This document shows, piece after piece, positions 44,024 to 53,042 of a DNA stretch of 64,000 nucleotides (within the stretch, counting starts at the first letter, position 1; the number at the start of each line of letters is the position of its first letter). Below the pieces are notes generated by a model. It searched no databases and was not told the origin of the DNA. It was given only the letters and a program-made list of their open reading frames with translations. The translations under genes were made by a program, and so were the position numbers. The stretch is from Acidimicrobiia bacterium (lineage in GTDB: Bacteria; Actinomycetota; Acidimicrobiia; IMCC26256; PALSA-610), in the NCBI GenBank assembly GCA_026002935.1, contig BPGH01000001.1:2629250-2693249 (forward strand). Reading direction: 5' to 3'.

Positions 44024-45297
44024 CGATCGCGTTCCTCGTCGCGTACGCGCTGCTGACCGTCGCGCTGCTCGCGGTCGCGGTCGTGAACCTGCGATGGATG
44101 CTCGACGCGTGGATCCACCCGGAGGGCGTCGACGAGCGCCGGTTCGCGCACGAGCCCGGCAACCGGCCGGTGCACACGATCTCCCTCGTCGTCCCGGCGC
44201 GTCACGAGGAGGCGGTGCTGGCCGAGACGCTCGAGCGCCTCGCGCGCCTCGATCACCCGGCCTACGAGGTGCTCGCCGTGGTCGGCCACGACGACGACGG
44301 CACGCGCGCGGTCGCCGAGCGGCTCGCCCGCCTGCACCCCGACCGGATCCACGTCGTCGTCGACCACAACTGGCCGAAGAACAAGCCGAAGGCCCTGAAC
44401 ACCGCCCTGCCGGTGTGCCACGGCGAGATCGTCGGCGTGTTCGACGCCGAGGACGAGGTGGCCCCGGACCTGCTCGCCCGCATCGACGCCGTGTTCCAGA
44501 ACACCGGGGCCGACGTGGTGCAGGGCGGCGTGCAGCTCATGAACTTCCGGTCGCGCTGGTTCACGCTCAAGAACGTCCTGGAGTACTTCTTCTACTTCCG
44601 CAGCCGCCTGCACCTCCACGCGCGCCAGCGCTTCATCCCGCTGGGCGGCAACACGGTCTTCTTCCGGCGCGAGCTGCTCGAGCAGGCCCGGGGCTGGGAC
44701 CCGGAGTGCCTGGCCGAGGACTGCGAGATCGGCGTGCGGTTGAGCTGCCGCGGCGCGGTCACCGTCGTGGCGTACGAGCCGGCGCTCGTGACGCGTGAGG
44801 AGGCCCCGACCCGGCTCTCGGACTTCATGCGCCAGCGGACCCGCTGGAACCAGGGGTTCCTCCAGGTCCTGCGCAAGGGCGAGTGGCGGCGCCTGCCGAC
44901 CGTCGGGCAGCGGCTCCGCGCGCTCGGGATCCTCGGGATGCCGTTCCTCCAGGCCGTCGCCGCGGTCGCGCTCCCGCTGCAGCTCCTGTCGATCTGGGTG
45001 CTCGACGTCCCGGTCGCCCTCGCGCTGTTCAGCTGGGTCCCGCTGTTCGTGACGACGTTGACGCTCGCGGTCGAGCTCGTCGGGCTCCACGAGTTCTGCC
45101 GGTCGTTCGGGCTGCGGGCGCGCTGGACCGACTACGTGCGGCTCGCCGCGAGCTGGTACGCGTACTTCCTGCTGCTCGCCGTCGCGGCGGCCCGCGCCAC
45201 TGCGCGCGAGCTGCGGGGCCAGAAGGGCTGGGAGAAGACGGCCCACGTCGGCGCGCACCGCGTGCCCCTCGACGTGACCGAACGGGTGGCGGCATGA
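44020..45297 (+). CDS. membrane-embedded processive GT2 glycosyltransferase (synthase type, QxxRW)
   Basis: ATG 44020 overlaps the upstream stop (ATGA). An N-terminal TM is followed by ISLVVPARHEE, VFDAEDEV (DxD), QRTRWNQG and three or more C-terminal TM spans. Confidence 0.8.
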   Translation: MTIAFLVAYALLTVALLAVAVVNLRWMLDAWIHPEGVDERRFAHEPGNRPVHTISLVVPARHEEAVLAETLERLARLDHPAYEVLAVVGHDDDGTRAVAERLARLHPDRIHVVVDHNWPKNKPKALNTALPVCHGEIVGVFDAEDEVAPDLLARIDAVFQNTGADVVQGGVQLMNFRSRWFTLKNVLEYFFYFRSRLHLHARQRFIPLGGNTVFFRRELLEQARGWDPECLAEDCEIGVRLSCRGAVTVVAYEPALVTREEAPTRLSDFMRQRTRWNQGFLQVLRKGEWRRLPTVGQRLRALGILGMPFLQAVAAVALPLQLLSIWVLDVPVALALFSWVPLFVTTLTLAVELVGLHEFCRSFGLRARWTDYVRLAASWYAYFLLLAVAAARATARELRGQKGWEKTAHVGAHRVPLDVTERVAA

Positions 45298-46880
45298 GCC
45301 CCGTCGCCCTCGCGCCACCACCGCCGGCGCCCCCCGGCGGCGGGCGCACCGCGGCACCCACCCCCGGTGTCCGCCCGCGAGGGCGCGCCGACCTCGCGGC
45401 GGTCGCCACCCGTGTCGCCGTCGTGGCGCTGATCGCCGCCGCCGCGCTCGTGCACGCCTCGGGCATGTGGGACTTCCCGATCCGTGTCGACGACGAGGGG
45501 ACCTACGTCGCGCAGGCGTGGGCGGTCGAGTCCGGCCTCGGCCTCGCGCACTACACGTACTGGTACGACCACCCGCCCGCGGGATGGCTCCAGCTCGCGG
45601 CGTGGACCTACCTGACCGACGCGTTCGACCGCGCACCCAACGCCGTCGGCGCGGGCCGCGAGGCGATGCTCGTCGCGAAGCTCGCCTGCCTCGTGCTCCT
45701 GTACGTGCTCGCGCGGCGGCTGCAGCTCCGCCGGCCGACCGCGCTGGCCGCGGTCGCGCTCCTCGCCTTCTCTCCGCTCGCGCTCGAGATGCAGCGGCGC
45801 GTCTTCCTCGACAACGTGGCGACGCCCTGGCTGCTCGGCGCGTTCGTCCTCGCACTGTCGCCACGGCGGCGCATCGACGCGGTCGCCGCCGGTGCGGTGT
45901 GCTTCGGGATCGCGGTGCTGTCGAAGGAGACCGTGCTGCTGCTGTTCCCGGCGTTCCTGCTGCAGGTGTGGCTGCACGGTGACCCCCGCAACCGCAAGTT
46001 CGCGCTCGCGCTGGCGTTCACGGTCACGGCCCTCGTCGTCGGGATCTACCCGCTCTTCGCGCTGCTGCGGGGCGAGCTGGTGCCCGGCCCGGGTCACGTG
46101 AGCCTCATCGGCTCCGCGGAGTGGCAGCTCTTCGAGCGGCCCGGCAGCGGCAGCCTCTTCGACCCGGCGAGCGGGGTGCGCGGGCTGATCGCGCACTGGA
46201 TGGACATCGACCCGTGGCTGCTCGCGGCGGGGGTCGCGTGCGCGCCGGTGGCCGTCTTCGTGCGGCGGCTCCGGGCGATCGCCCTCGCGGTGCTCATCCA
46301 GGTCGTCGTGCTCGCGCGGGGCGGCTACGTCCCGTACATGTACGTCATCGGCGTGCTGCCGTTCGGCGCGCTGCTGGTCGCGGGCGCCGGTGAGCACCTG
46401 TGGGACCTGCGCCGGCACCTCCGGCCGGCCGCCCTCGTGCGCCGGGTGTGGGTCCCCGCACGGGTCGCGCTCGCCGCCGCGGCCGCCCTCGCCGCGCTGT
46501 ACGTGGTGCCGGCCTGGGCCCGGGAGGTCGAGGCCGCGACGACCACCGACCACGACGCGCCGATGGAGTCGGCGGAGATGTGGGTCGCCGAGCACGTGCC
46601 GCTCGACGCGACGCTCGTCGTCGACGACGCGATCTGGCTCGACCTCGTGCGCGCCGGGCGGCCGCGTGACCAGGTCATCTGGTTCTACAAGCTCGACCTC
46701 GACCCGGCGGTCGAGCTGCCCAACGGTTGGAGGTCGATCGACTACCTCGTGCTGACCGCGGTCCAGTACGCGCAGTTCGACGGGATGCCGCGCCTGCGCA
46801 CGGCCGTCGAGCACTCGGAGGTCGTCGCGTCCTTCGGCGAGGGGGCCGAGCAGGTCACCGTCTACGAGGTGCAGCCATGA
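45294..46880 (+). CDS. GT-C fold membrane glycosyltransferase (PMT/ArnT, GT39-like)
   Basis: ATG 45294 overlaps the upstream stop (ATGA). The 528-aa product has about 10 TM spans, a first-loop acidic motif RVDDEGTYVAQAW, and a soluble C-terminal domain. Confidence 0.7.
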   Translation: MSPVALAPPPPAPPGGGRTAAPTPGVRPRGRADLAAVATRVAVVALIAAAALVHASGMWDFPIRVDDEGTYVAQAWAVESGLGLAHYTYWYDHPPAGWLQLAAWTYLTDAFDRAPNAVGAGREAMLVAKLACLVLLYVLARRLQLRRPTALAAVALLAFSPLALEMQRRVFLDNVATPWLLGAFVLALSPRRRIDAVAAGAVCFGIAVLSKETVLLLFPAFLLQVWLHGDPRNRKFALALAFTVTALVVGIYPLFALLRGELVPGPGHVSLIGSAEWQLFERPGSGSLFDPASGVRGLIAHWMDIDPWLLAAGVACAPVAVFVRRLRAIALAVLIQVVVLARGGYVPYMYVIGVLPFGALLVAGAGEHLWDLRRHLRPAALVRRVWVPARVALAAAAALAALYVVPAWAREVEAATTTDHDAPMESAEMWVAEHVPLDATLVVDDAIWLDLVRAGRPRDQVIWFYKLDLDPAVELPNGWRSIDYLVLTAVQYAQFDGMPRLRTAVEHSEVVASFGEGAEQVTVYEVQP

Positions 46881-49800
46881 TCACGCCGTCGCACAAGCGC
46901 GTACTCACCGTCGCCGTCGTCGCGGTGCTCGCCGCGATGCAGGTGGCCGCCGTGACGGTCACGGCGGCCGGCGCCGCCCCCGGCGACTGGCAGGCGGAGT
47001 ACTTCGCGAACACGACGCTCGCCGGCCCGCCCGTGCTGACGCGCACCGAGCCGGCCCTCGACCACGACTGGGGCGCCGGCAGCCCGGACGCATCGGTCCC
47101 CGCCGACGGGTTCAGTGCCCGCTGGACCGCGACGATCGACTTCAACGACGCGACCTACCGATTCACCACCTTCACCGACGACGGCGTGCGCCTCTACGTC
47201 GACGGCCAGCTCGTCATCGACCGCTTCACCCCGCAGTCCCCCACCGCCTGGCAGGCCGACGTGCCCCTCGCGGCGGGCGCGCACACGGTCGTCATGGAGT
47301 ACTTCGAGGGCGGCGGCGACGCGGTCGCGCGCCTCACCTACGCGCCGGTCGTGACCGAGGTCCCCGACGGGGCGTGGCTCGCCGAGTTCTTCGGCAACCG
47401 CGACCTCGCGGCCCAGCCCGTCGCCTCGCGCGCCGACCTCGCGATCGACTTCGACTGGGGCGCGGGCGCGCCCGAGCTCGGGGTGCCCGCCAACAACTTC
47501 TCGGTCCGCTGGACACAGACCATCGACGTCACGACGGCCGGCACCTACCGCCTGCGCACCGAGACCGACGACGGCGTGCGGGTCCGCGTCGACGGCGACC
47601 TCGTCATCGACGACTGGACGGAGCACGCGCCCACCGTCAACCAGACGGACGTGGAGCTCACCGCCGGTCCCCACGTGTTCGTCGTCGAGTACTTCGACGC
47701 CTACGGCGACGCGGTCGCGCGCTTCAGCTACGGGCTGGTGCAGGTGGAGATCCCCGACGACGGTTGGCTCGCGGAGCTCTACACGAACCCGGCGCTGGGC
47801 GGCGACCCGATCGCGACCCGCATCGACCCCGTGCTCGACTTCGAGTGGGGGCTCGGCAGCCCGCAGCCCGGCCTGCCGGTCGACAACTTCTCGGTCCGCT
47901 GGACCCGCCGCGTCGACCTCGCCGCCGGCACGTACCGGTTCCAGACCGTCACCGACGACGGCGTGCGCGTGCTGGTCGACGGCGCCCCGGTCATCGACGA
48001 CTGGGAGGACCAGTCCGGCGCGGTGAACCAGGTCGACGTCGACCTCGCCGCCGGCGAGCACCTGCTCGTGGTGGAGTACTACGAGGCGTACGGCGACGCG
48101 ACCGCGAAGCTGGTGTGGGGGCGGGTCACCACCGGGGGCCCGCTCCCCCCGGGCTTCGCGGAGGAGACGGTGCTCACCGGGCTCGTCGAGCCGACGACGC
48201 TGCGGGTCGCCGCCGACGGCCGGGTGTTCGTCGCGGAGAAGAGCGGCGTCGTGAAGGTGTTCGACGGCTTCGACGACCCCACGCCCACGGTGTTCGCGGA
48301 CCTCAACGTGAACGTGTACAACTTCTGGGACCGCGGCCTGCTCGGACTCGAGCTGCACCCGCAGTTCCCGACCGTGCCGTACGTGTACGTCGCGTACTCG
48401 TACGACCACGAGCTCGGGTCGTCCGCACCCGCGCCCCGCTGGGGCACCCCCGGCGTGTACTCGGACCCGTGCCCGACACCGCCGGGCGCGACCGTCGACG
48501 GGTGCGTCACGAGCAGCCGGGTCAGCCGGCTGACCGCGAGCGGCGACGTGATGGTCGGCCCCGAGCACGTGCTCGTCGAGGACTGGTGCGAGCAGTTCCA
48601 GACCCACTCCATCGGCGACCTCGCGTTCGGCCCCGACGGCGCGCTCTACGTCAGCGGCGGCGAGGGCGCCAACAGCGATCGCGTCGACTACGGCCAGTAC
48701 GGCGTCCCCACGAACCCCTGCGGCGACCCGCCGTCGGGGGTCGGCGGCACGCAGGCGCCGCCCGGGGCCGAGGGCGGCGCCCTGCGGGCCCAGGACCTGC
48801 TCACCCCGGGCGACCCCGTCAGCCTCGGCGGCACGGTCGTGCGCATCGACCCCGAGACCGGCGAGGGCCTGCCCGACAACCCGCTCGGGTCCGACCCCGA
48901 CCCCAACGCGCGGCGGATCATCGCCCAGGGCCTGCGGAACCCGTTCCGCATCGCCGTCCGCCCCGGCACGAGCGAGGTCTGGGTCGGCGACGTGGGCTGG
49001 GGCTCCTACGAGGAGATCAACCGGGTCCCCGACGCGACCCGCGTGCACAACTTCGGCTGGCCCTGTTACGAGAGCGCGAACCGCCAGGCCACCTGGGACG
49101 CGCAGGACCTCACCATGTGCGAGGACCTCTACGCCCAGGGACCCGGCGCGGTGACCCCGCCCGTCTTCTCGTACTCGCACTACCTCCCGATCGTGCCCGG
49201 CGAGCAGTGCGTGAACGGCAGCTCCTCCACGTCGGGCCTCGCGTTCTACGCCGGCGGCAACTACCCCGACACCTACGACGGCGCGCTGTTCCTCGCCGAC
49301 TACTCGCGCAGCTGCATCTGGGTGATGTTCCCCGGTGCCGACGGGGTCCCCGACCCGTCGACGATCATGCCGTTCGCGTCGCCCGCGTCGTTCCCGGTCG
49401 ACCTGCAGATCGGGCCGGGCGGCGACCTGCTCTACGTCGACATCACCGGTTCGGTGCGCCGCATCACCTACACGGCCGGCACCACGCCCCCGCAGGCCGT
49501 CGTGACCGCGGACCCGACGAGCGGGCCGGTGCCCCTCACCGTGTCCTTCGACGCGCGCGCCTCTTACGACCCCGACTTCGGCGACACCATCACCTTCGAC
49601 TGGGACCTCGACGGCGACGGCACCTTCGGCGACTCGTCGTCGCCCACCCCCACGTTCACCTTCACCGAGGCCGGGCGGTACGCGGTCCGCGTGCGGGTGA
49701 CCGACGACCACGGAGCCTTCGACGTGGCGTCGGTCACGATCGACGCGGGCAACACACCGCCGGTCGCGTCGATCACCGCGCCGCTCCCGACCACGACGTG

Positions 49801-50590
49801 GCGGGTGGGCGACACGATCGCCTTCGCGGGCACGGCGGTCGACGAGGAGGACGGGGCGCTCCCGCCGGGCGCGCTGACCTGGAACGTCGTCCTCCACCAC
49901 TGCGGCACGACGTGCCACACCCACCCCGTGCAGACCTTCTCGGGCACGGCGTCCGGTTCCTTCGTCGCGCCCGACCACGCGTACCCGTCGTGGCTCGAGC
50001 TGGTGCTCACCGCCACCGACTCCGGCGGGTTGCAGCACGTGCAGCGCCGGCGCATCGACCCGCAGACCGTCACGCTCACGTTCCTGTCGCAGCCGTCCGG
50101 GATGCAGATCGCGGTGGGTGAGACGACCGGCACGACGCCCTTCACGCGGGACGCGATCGTGGGCTCGACCGTGACGGTCGGTGCCCTCTCACCGCAGACC
50201 GTCGCCGGGGTGACCCACGACTTCGTGTCGTGGTCGGACGGCGGCGCCGCCGGCCACGACGTCACCGTCGGGACCTCCCCCGCGACCTACACCGCCACCT
50301 ACGCGGGCCGGCCGCCCGTCGCGGACGCCGGCCCCGATCTGACGGTGGCGAGCGGCGCGTCGTTCACCCTCGACGCGACGGGGTCCTCGCAGCCGGGCGG
50401 CGGTCCGGTCACGTTCTCGTGGACCCAGATCGGCGGCCCGCCCGCGGTGATCCGCGACGAGGACCAGGCGACGACGGTCGTCGACGGGGTCGCCGGCCCC
50501 GCCACGCTGACGTTCCGGGTCCGGGTGACCGGCCCCACCGGCCTCGACGCGACCGACGACGTCGTCGTCACGGTCCGGCGCCCGAAGTAG
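46877..50590 (+). CDS. secreted 1237-aa protein: signal peptide, 3 PA14 domains, PQQ/soluble glucose-sorbosone dehydrogenase-like beta-propeller, PKD and Ig-like domains
   Basis: ATG 46877 overlaps the upstream stop (ATGA). The signal reads VAVVAVLAAMQVAAVTVTAAGAAP. There are three W(Q/L)AE(Y/F)F...FS(A/V)RWT...TDDGVR..VDG modules. The dehydrogenase part reads VFVAEKSGVVKVF, HSIGDLAFGPDGALYVSGGEG, GLRNPFRIAVRPGTSEVWVGDVGWGSYEEIN. The PKD domain reads PLTVSFDARASYDPD...FDWDLDGDG. Confidence 0.8.
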   Translation: MITPSHKRVLTVAVVAVLAAMQVAAVTVTAAGAAPGDWQAEYFANTTLAGPPVLTRTEPALDHDWGAGSPDASVPADGFSARWTATIDFNDATYRFTTFTDDGVRLYVDGQLVIDRFTPQSPTAWQADVPLAAGAHTVVMEYFEGGGDAVARLTYAPVVTEVPDGAWLAEFFGNRDLAAQPVASRADLAIDFDWGAGAPELGVPANNFSVRWTQTIDVTTAGTYRLRTETDDGVRVRVDGDLVIDDWTEHAPTVNQTDVELTAGPHVFVVEYFDAYGDAVARFSYGLVQVEIPDDGWLAELYTNPALGGDPIATRIDPVLDFEWGLGSPQPGLPVDNFSVRWTRRVDLAAGTYRFQTVTDDGVRVLVDGAPVIDDWEDQSGAVNQVDVDLAAGEHLLVVEYYEAYGDATAKLVWGRVTTGGPLPPGFAEETVLTGLVEPTTLRVAADGRVFVAEKSGVVKVFDGFDDPTPTVFADLNVNVYNFWDRGLLGLELHPQFPTVPYVYVAYSYDHELGSSAPAPRWGTPGVYSDPCPTPPGATVDGCVTSSRVSRLTASGDVMVGPEHVLVEDWCEQFQTHSIGDLAFGPDGALYVSGGEGANSDRVDYGQYGVPTNPCGDPPSGVGGTQAPPGAEGGALRAQDLLTPGDPVSLGGTVVRIDPETGEGLPDNPLGSDPDPNARRIIAQGLRNPFRIAVRPGTSEVWVGDVGWGSYEEINRVPDATRVHNFGWPCYESANRQATWDAQDLTMCEDLYAQGPGAVTPPVFSYSHYLPIVPGEQCVNGSSSTSGLAFYAGGNYPDTYDGALFLADYSRSCIWVMFPGADGVPDPSTIMPFASPASFPVDLQIGPGGDLLYVDITGSVRRITYTAGTTPPQAVVTADPTSGPVPLTVSFDARASYDPDFGDTITFDWDLDGDGTFGDSSSPTPTFTFTEAGRYAVRVRVTDDHGAFDVASVTIDAGNTPPVASITAPLPTTTWRVGDTIAFAGTAVDEEDGALPPGALTWNVVLHHCGTTCHTHPVQTFSGTASGSFVAPDHAYPSWLELVLTATDSGGLQHVQRRRIDPQTVTLTFLSQPSGMQIAVGETTGTTPFTRDAIVGSTVTVGALSPQTVAGVTHDFVSWSDGGAAGHDVTVGTSPATYTATYAGRPPVADAGPDLTVASGASFTLDATGSSQPGGGPVTFSWTQIGGPPAVIRDEDQATTVVDGVAGPATLTFRVRVTGPTGLDATDDVVVTVRRPK
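46988..48125 (+). repeat. three tandem PA14-domain coding modules (period about 387-390 nt)
   Basis: The conserved Trp codons fall at 46988, 47375 and 47765. The repeat is clear at protein level and diverged at DNA level. Confidence 0.75.
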
Positions 50591-50596
50591 TGGTCG

Positions 50597-50636
50597 CGGT
50601 CGGCGGTCAGCGCGCGTAGCGCGTGACCGCCGACCG
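50597..50636. terminator. strong GC hairpin between convergent genes (candidate bidirectional terminator)
   Basis: I paired 50597-50613 with 50619-50636 by hand. This gives 17 bp with one bulged G (50623) and a 5-nt loop GCGTA. There is no U-tract. It overlaps the last codons of the minus-strand lipoprotein gene. Confidence 0.45.
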
Positions 50637-51560
50637 GACGAGGTCGAACGACGGACCGGTCTCCGGGACGCTCGGCGCGTCCATGAACCCGAACGCGAAG
50701 AGCCCGTCGGCGGTCAGCGCGCGCACCGACGAGTCCGTGAACAGGTCGCGGACGTCCGCGTCGAGGTGATCGGGCTTGTAGTGGGCGAGCATCACCGCGC
50801 CGTACCTGCCGAGGACCTCCGTCATCGCCCGGACGTCGCCGGGCGCGTCCGGCGAGTGCATCACCTGGAAGCTCTGGAAGTCGGACGCGCGCATCACGTC
50901 CTCGAAGTGCCGGAACATCGAGCGGCCGCCTCCGGTGGCCGGCGAGTCCCAGCGGTGCTGCCAGCCGCCCCAGCCGAGCGACACCCGCGCGTTCGGCGCC
51001 GTCGAACGGAAGACGTCGACCGCGTCGAGGTACCGGTCCTTCAGCGCGCGCCAGTAGTTGTTCGTGCGCGGGTCGGGGTTCCACTGGTTGTCGGTGCACG
51101 CGAACGTCTGGAACTCGGTGAACAGGGTCACGTACAGGGGCGGCCCGCTCGCGGTCCCGGCGAACGTGCGCGCCAGTTCCCGCATGTCCGCGAGGAAGCG
51201 GTCCGACAGCGGATAGGCGCGGCCGCACGCGGTGCCGTAGGGGGTCGAGACCGTGCCCTCGGGGTCGCCCGACCACACGATCAGGTGCAGCGCGAACCCG
51301 CGGCGGTACGCGTCGGGCACGACGGTCGTGCGCCAGCCCGTCATCCAGGCGAGGTCGCCGGGTCCGTTGTACCAACTCGACAACATCCGCACGGGCGCCT
51401 CGCGCACGAGGCGGTGGTCGTCGGCGTCGGAGGCCTCCGGCCCCATGGAGAAGACGAGGCGCGGCTGCGACGGCGGCGGGACCGGTCGCGGCACGGTGCA
51501 GGCGGCCGCCACCGCGGCGAGCGCGGCGGCCAGGGCGAGACGGACGGCGGCGTGCTTCAC
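50607..51560 (-). CDS. lipoprotein, glycoside-hydrolase-like (TIM-barrel type) - function inferred
   Basis: GTG 51560 follows a GGGGGAG RBS, within track ORF 50607..51656. The lipobox-like signal is VKHAAVRLALAAALAAVAAAC. Motifs LYVTLFTEFQTF and SLGWGGWQHRW are reminiscent of clan GH-A enzymes; this family guess was not checked. Confidence 0.5.
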   Translation of the reverse strand: MKHAAVRLALAAALAAVAAACTVPRPVPPPSQPRLVFSMGPEASDADDHRLVREAPVRMLSSWYNGPGDLAWMTGWRTTVVPDAYRRGFALHLIVWSGDPEGTVSTPYGTACGRAYPLSDRFLADMRELARTFAGTASGPPLYVTLFTEFQTFACTDNQWNPDPRTNNYWRALKDRYLDAVDVFRSTAPNARVSLGWGGWQHRWDSPATGGGRSMFRHFEDVMRASDFQSFQVMHSPDAPGDVRAMTEVLGRYGAVMLAHYKPDHLDADVRDLFTDSSVRALTADGLFAFGFMDAPSVPETGPSFDLVRSAVTRYAR

Positions 51561-51826
51561 GGCGGGCTCCCCCCTCGCGCGTACTGATCCCCGTCTCCAT
51601 CGGCCGGCCGGCCCGGTCGCCTGCAGCGAACCCGCCCGGCGAAACCGACTGTTCACCGACCCCGCCGTGTTGCTCCCGAGGGAGGGTACGGGTGCGGGGC
51701 GGCGCGATCGACGGGGCGGGGTCGCCCGTCACCGGGAATTCCGCCGCCCGCGGCGGGCGTCGCCGGAGCGTCCCCCGCGCGCCATCGGGCCGTCAGGGTG
51801 CCGTCAGGACGGGGGCACGCGCGGCG

Positions 51827-52990
51827 TCAGCGCGGCGTCGTGCCGAGGACGACGGTGCCGTGGGTCGACAGCCAGCCCCCGGAGCCGTGGGCGACCGCGA
51901 TCTCGGCACCCTCGACCTGACTGTCGCCGGCCTCGCCGCGCAACTGGCGCGTCGCCTCGCACAGCAGGAACAGGCCGCGCATCCCGGGGTGGGTCGCGCT
52001 GAGGCCGCCGCCGTCGGTGTTGGTCGGCAGCCGGCCGCCGAGCCGGAGGTTGCCGTCGGCGGCGAACGCACCGCCCTCGCCCTTGGGCGCGAACCCGAGG
52101 TCCTCGAGCACGACGAGGACGGTGTAGGTGAACGAGTCGTACATCGCGAAGACGTCGACGTCGCCGGGGGTGATCCCCGCCTCGGCGAACGCCTTCGGGC
52201 CGCTGACCGCCGCCGCGGTGGTCGTCATGTCCGCCATGGCGGTGATCGAGTGGTGTGTCGTCGCGCCCGCCGCCCCCCGCACGTACACCGGCCGGTGCGG
52301 GAGGTCGCGGGCACGCTCCTCGGTGGTGAGCACGATGCAGCAGCCGCCGTCGGAGATGACGCAGCAGTCGAGCTTGTGGAGCGGATCGGCGACGAGCTTC
52401 GACGCGAGCACGTCGTCGATCGTGATCGGGTCGCGGTACATCGCGGCCGGGTTGCGCGCCGCGTGCTCACGCGTCTGCACCGCGATCGACGCGAGCTGTT
52501 CGGGGGTCGTGCCGTACTGGTGCATGTGGCGCTGCGCGGCCATCGCGTACGCGCCCACGAGGGTGAGCCCGACGGGCAGCTCGTACGACATGCCGAGCGG
52601 CAGCGCGCCACGCGCCCCGCCGCCCCCGCCGCCGGTGCCGAGCGTGCGGCCCGACGCCGAGAGCTGGTTGTTGCCGTACACGATCGCGACGGTGTCGACG
52701 TCGCCGGCCTGGATCGCCCGGTAGGCGTGCAGCGTGTGGAACTCGAAGCTGGAGCCGCCGCACGAGGTCGACTCGAGCCACCGGGCGCGCACCCCGAGGT
52801 ACTCGGCGAGCTGCACCTCGTGCATCCCCCCGTAGCCGGCGCTCGCCAGGCCCTCGACGTCGTCCTTGCGCAGCCCCGCGTCGGCCAGCGCGCGGCCGAA
52901 CGCCTGCGCCGCGAGCATCATCGGGGTCATGCCCGGCGCCACCGGGCCGTCGGAGAGCCCGACGCCCACGACGCACACCTGCCGTGTCAC
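51827..52990 (-). CDS. thiolase-like lipid-transfer protein (Ltp type)
   Basis: GTG 52990 (or 52978) lies within composite track ORF 51827..53533. Translation: VCVVGVGLSDG...LVADPLHKLDCCVISDGGCCIVL...NTDGGGLSATHPGMRGLFLLCEATRQLRGEA. Confidence 0.8.
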   Translation of the reverse strand: MTRQVCVVGVGLSDGPVAPGMTPMMLAAQAFGRALADAGLRKDDVEGLASAGYGGMHEVQLAEYLGVRARWLESTSCGGSSFEFHTLHAYRAIQAGDVDTVAIVYGNNQLSASGRTLGTGGGGGGARGALPLGMSYELPVGLTLVGAYAMAAQRHMHQYGTTPEQLASIAVQTREHAARNPAAMYRDPITIDDVLASKLVADPLHKLDCCVISDGGCCIVLTTEERARDLPHRPVYVRGAAGATTHHSITAMADMTTTAAAVSGPKAFAEAGITPGDVDVFAMYDSFTYTVLVVLEDLGFAPKGEGGAFAADGNLRLGGRLPTNTDGGGLSATHPGMRGLFLLCEATRQLRGEAGDSQVEGAEIAVAHGSGGWLSTHGTVVLGTTPR

Positions 52991-53042
52991 GGGCCCGGAA
53001 CGTACCCGACGGCTCGCGGCGACCGCACACGCGCGCGCGAGC

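Noticed and set aside
46862-50038. A 1058-aa ORF antisense to the PA14/dehydrogenase gene; a similar 1106-aa antisense ORF lies at 22042-25362.
   Set aside because: These are shadow ORFs. They have no domain-like text and a strong Arg/Gly/Asp/Val bias, and the sense strand carries unmistakable domain signatures with G/C-rich third positions.
51561-51826. A possible riboswitch (I considered c-di-AMP/ydaO and c-di-GMP classes) in the long leader of the lipoprotein gene.
   Set aside because: I could not recognise the conserved cores of those classes by eye. It is kept only as an unexplained long leader, not as an ncRNA feature.
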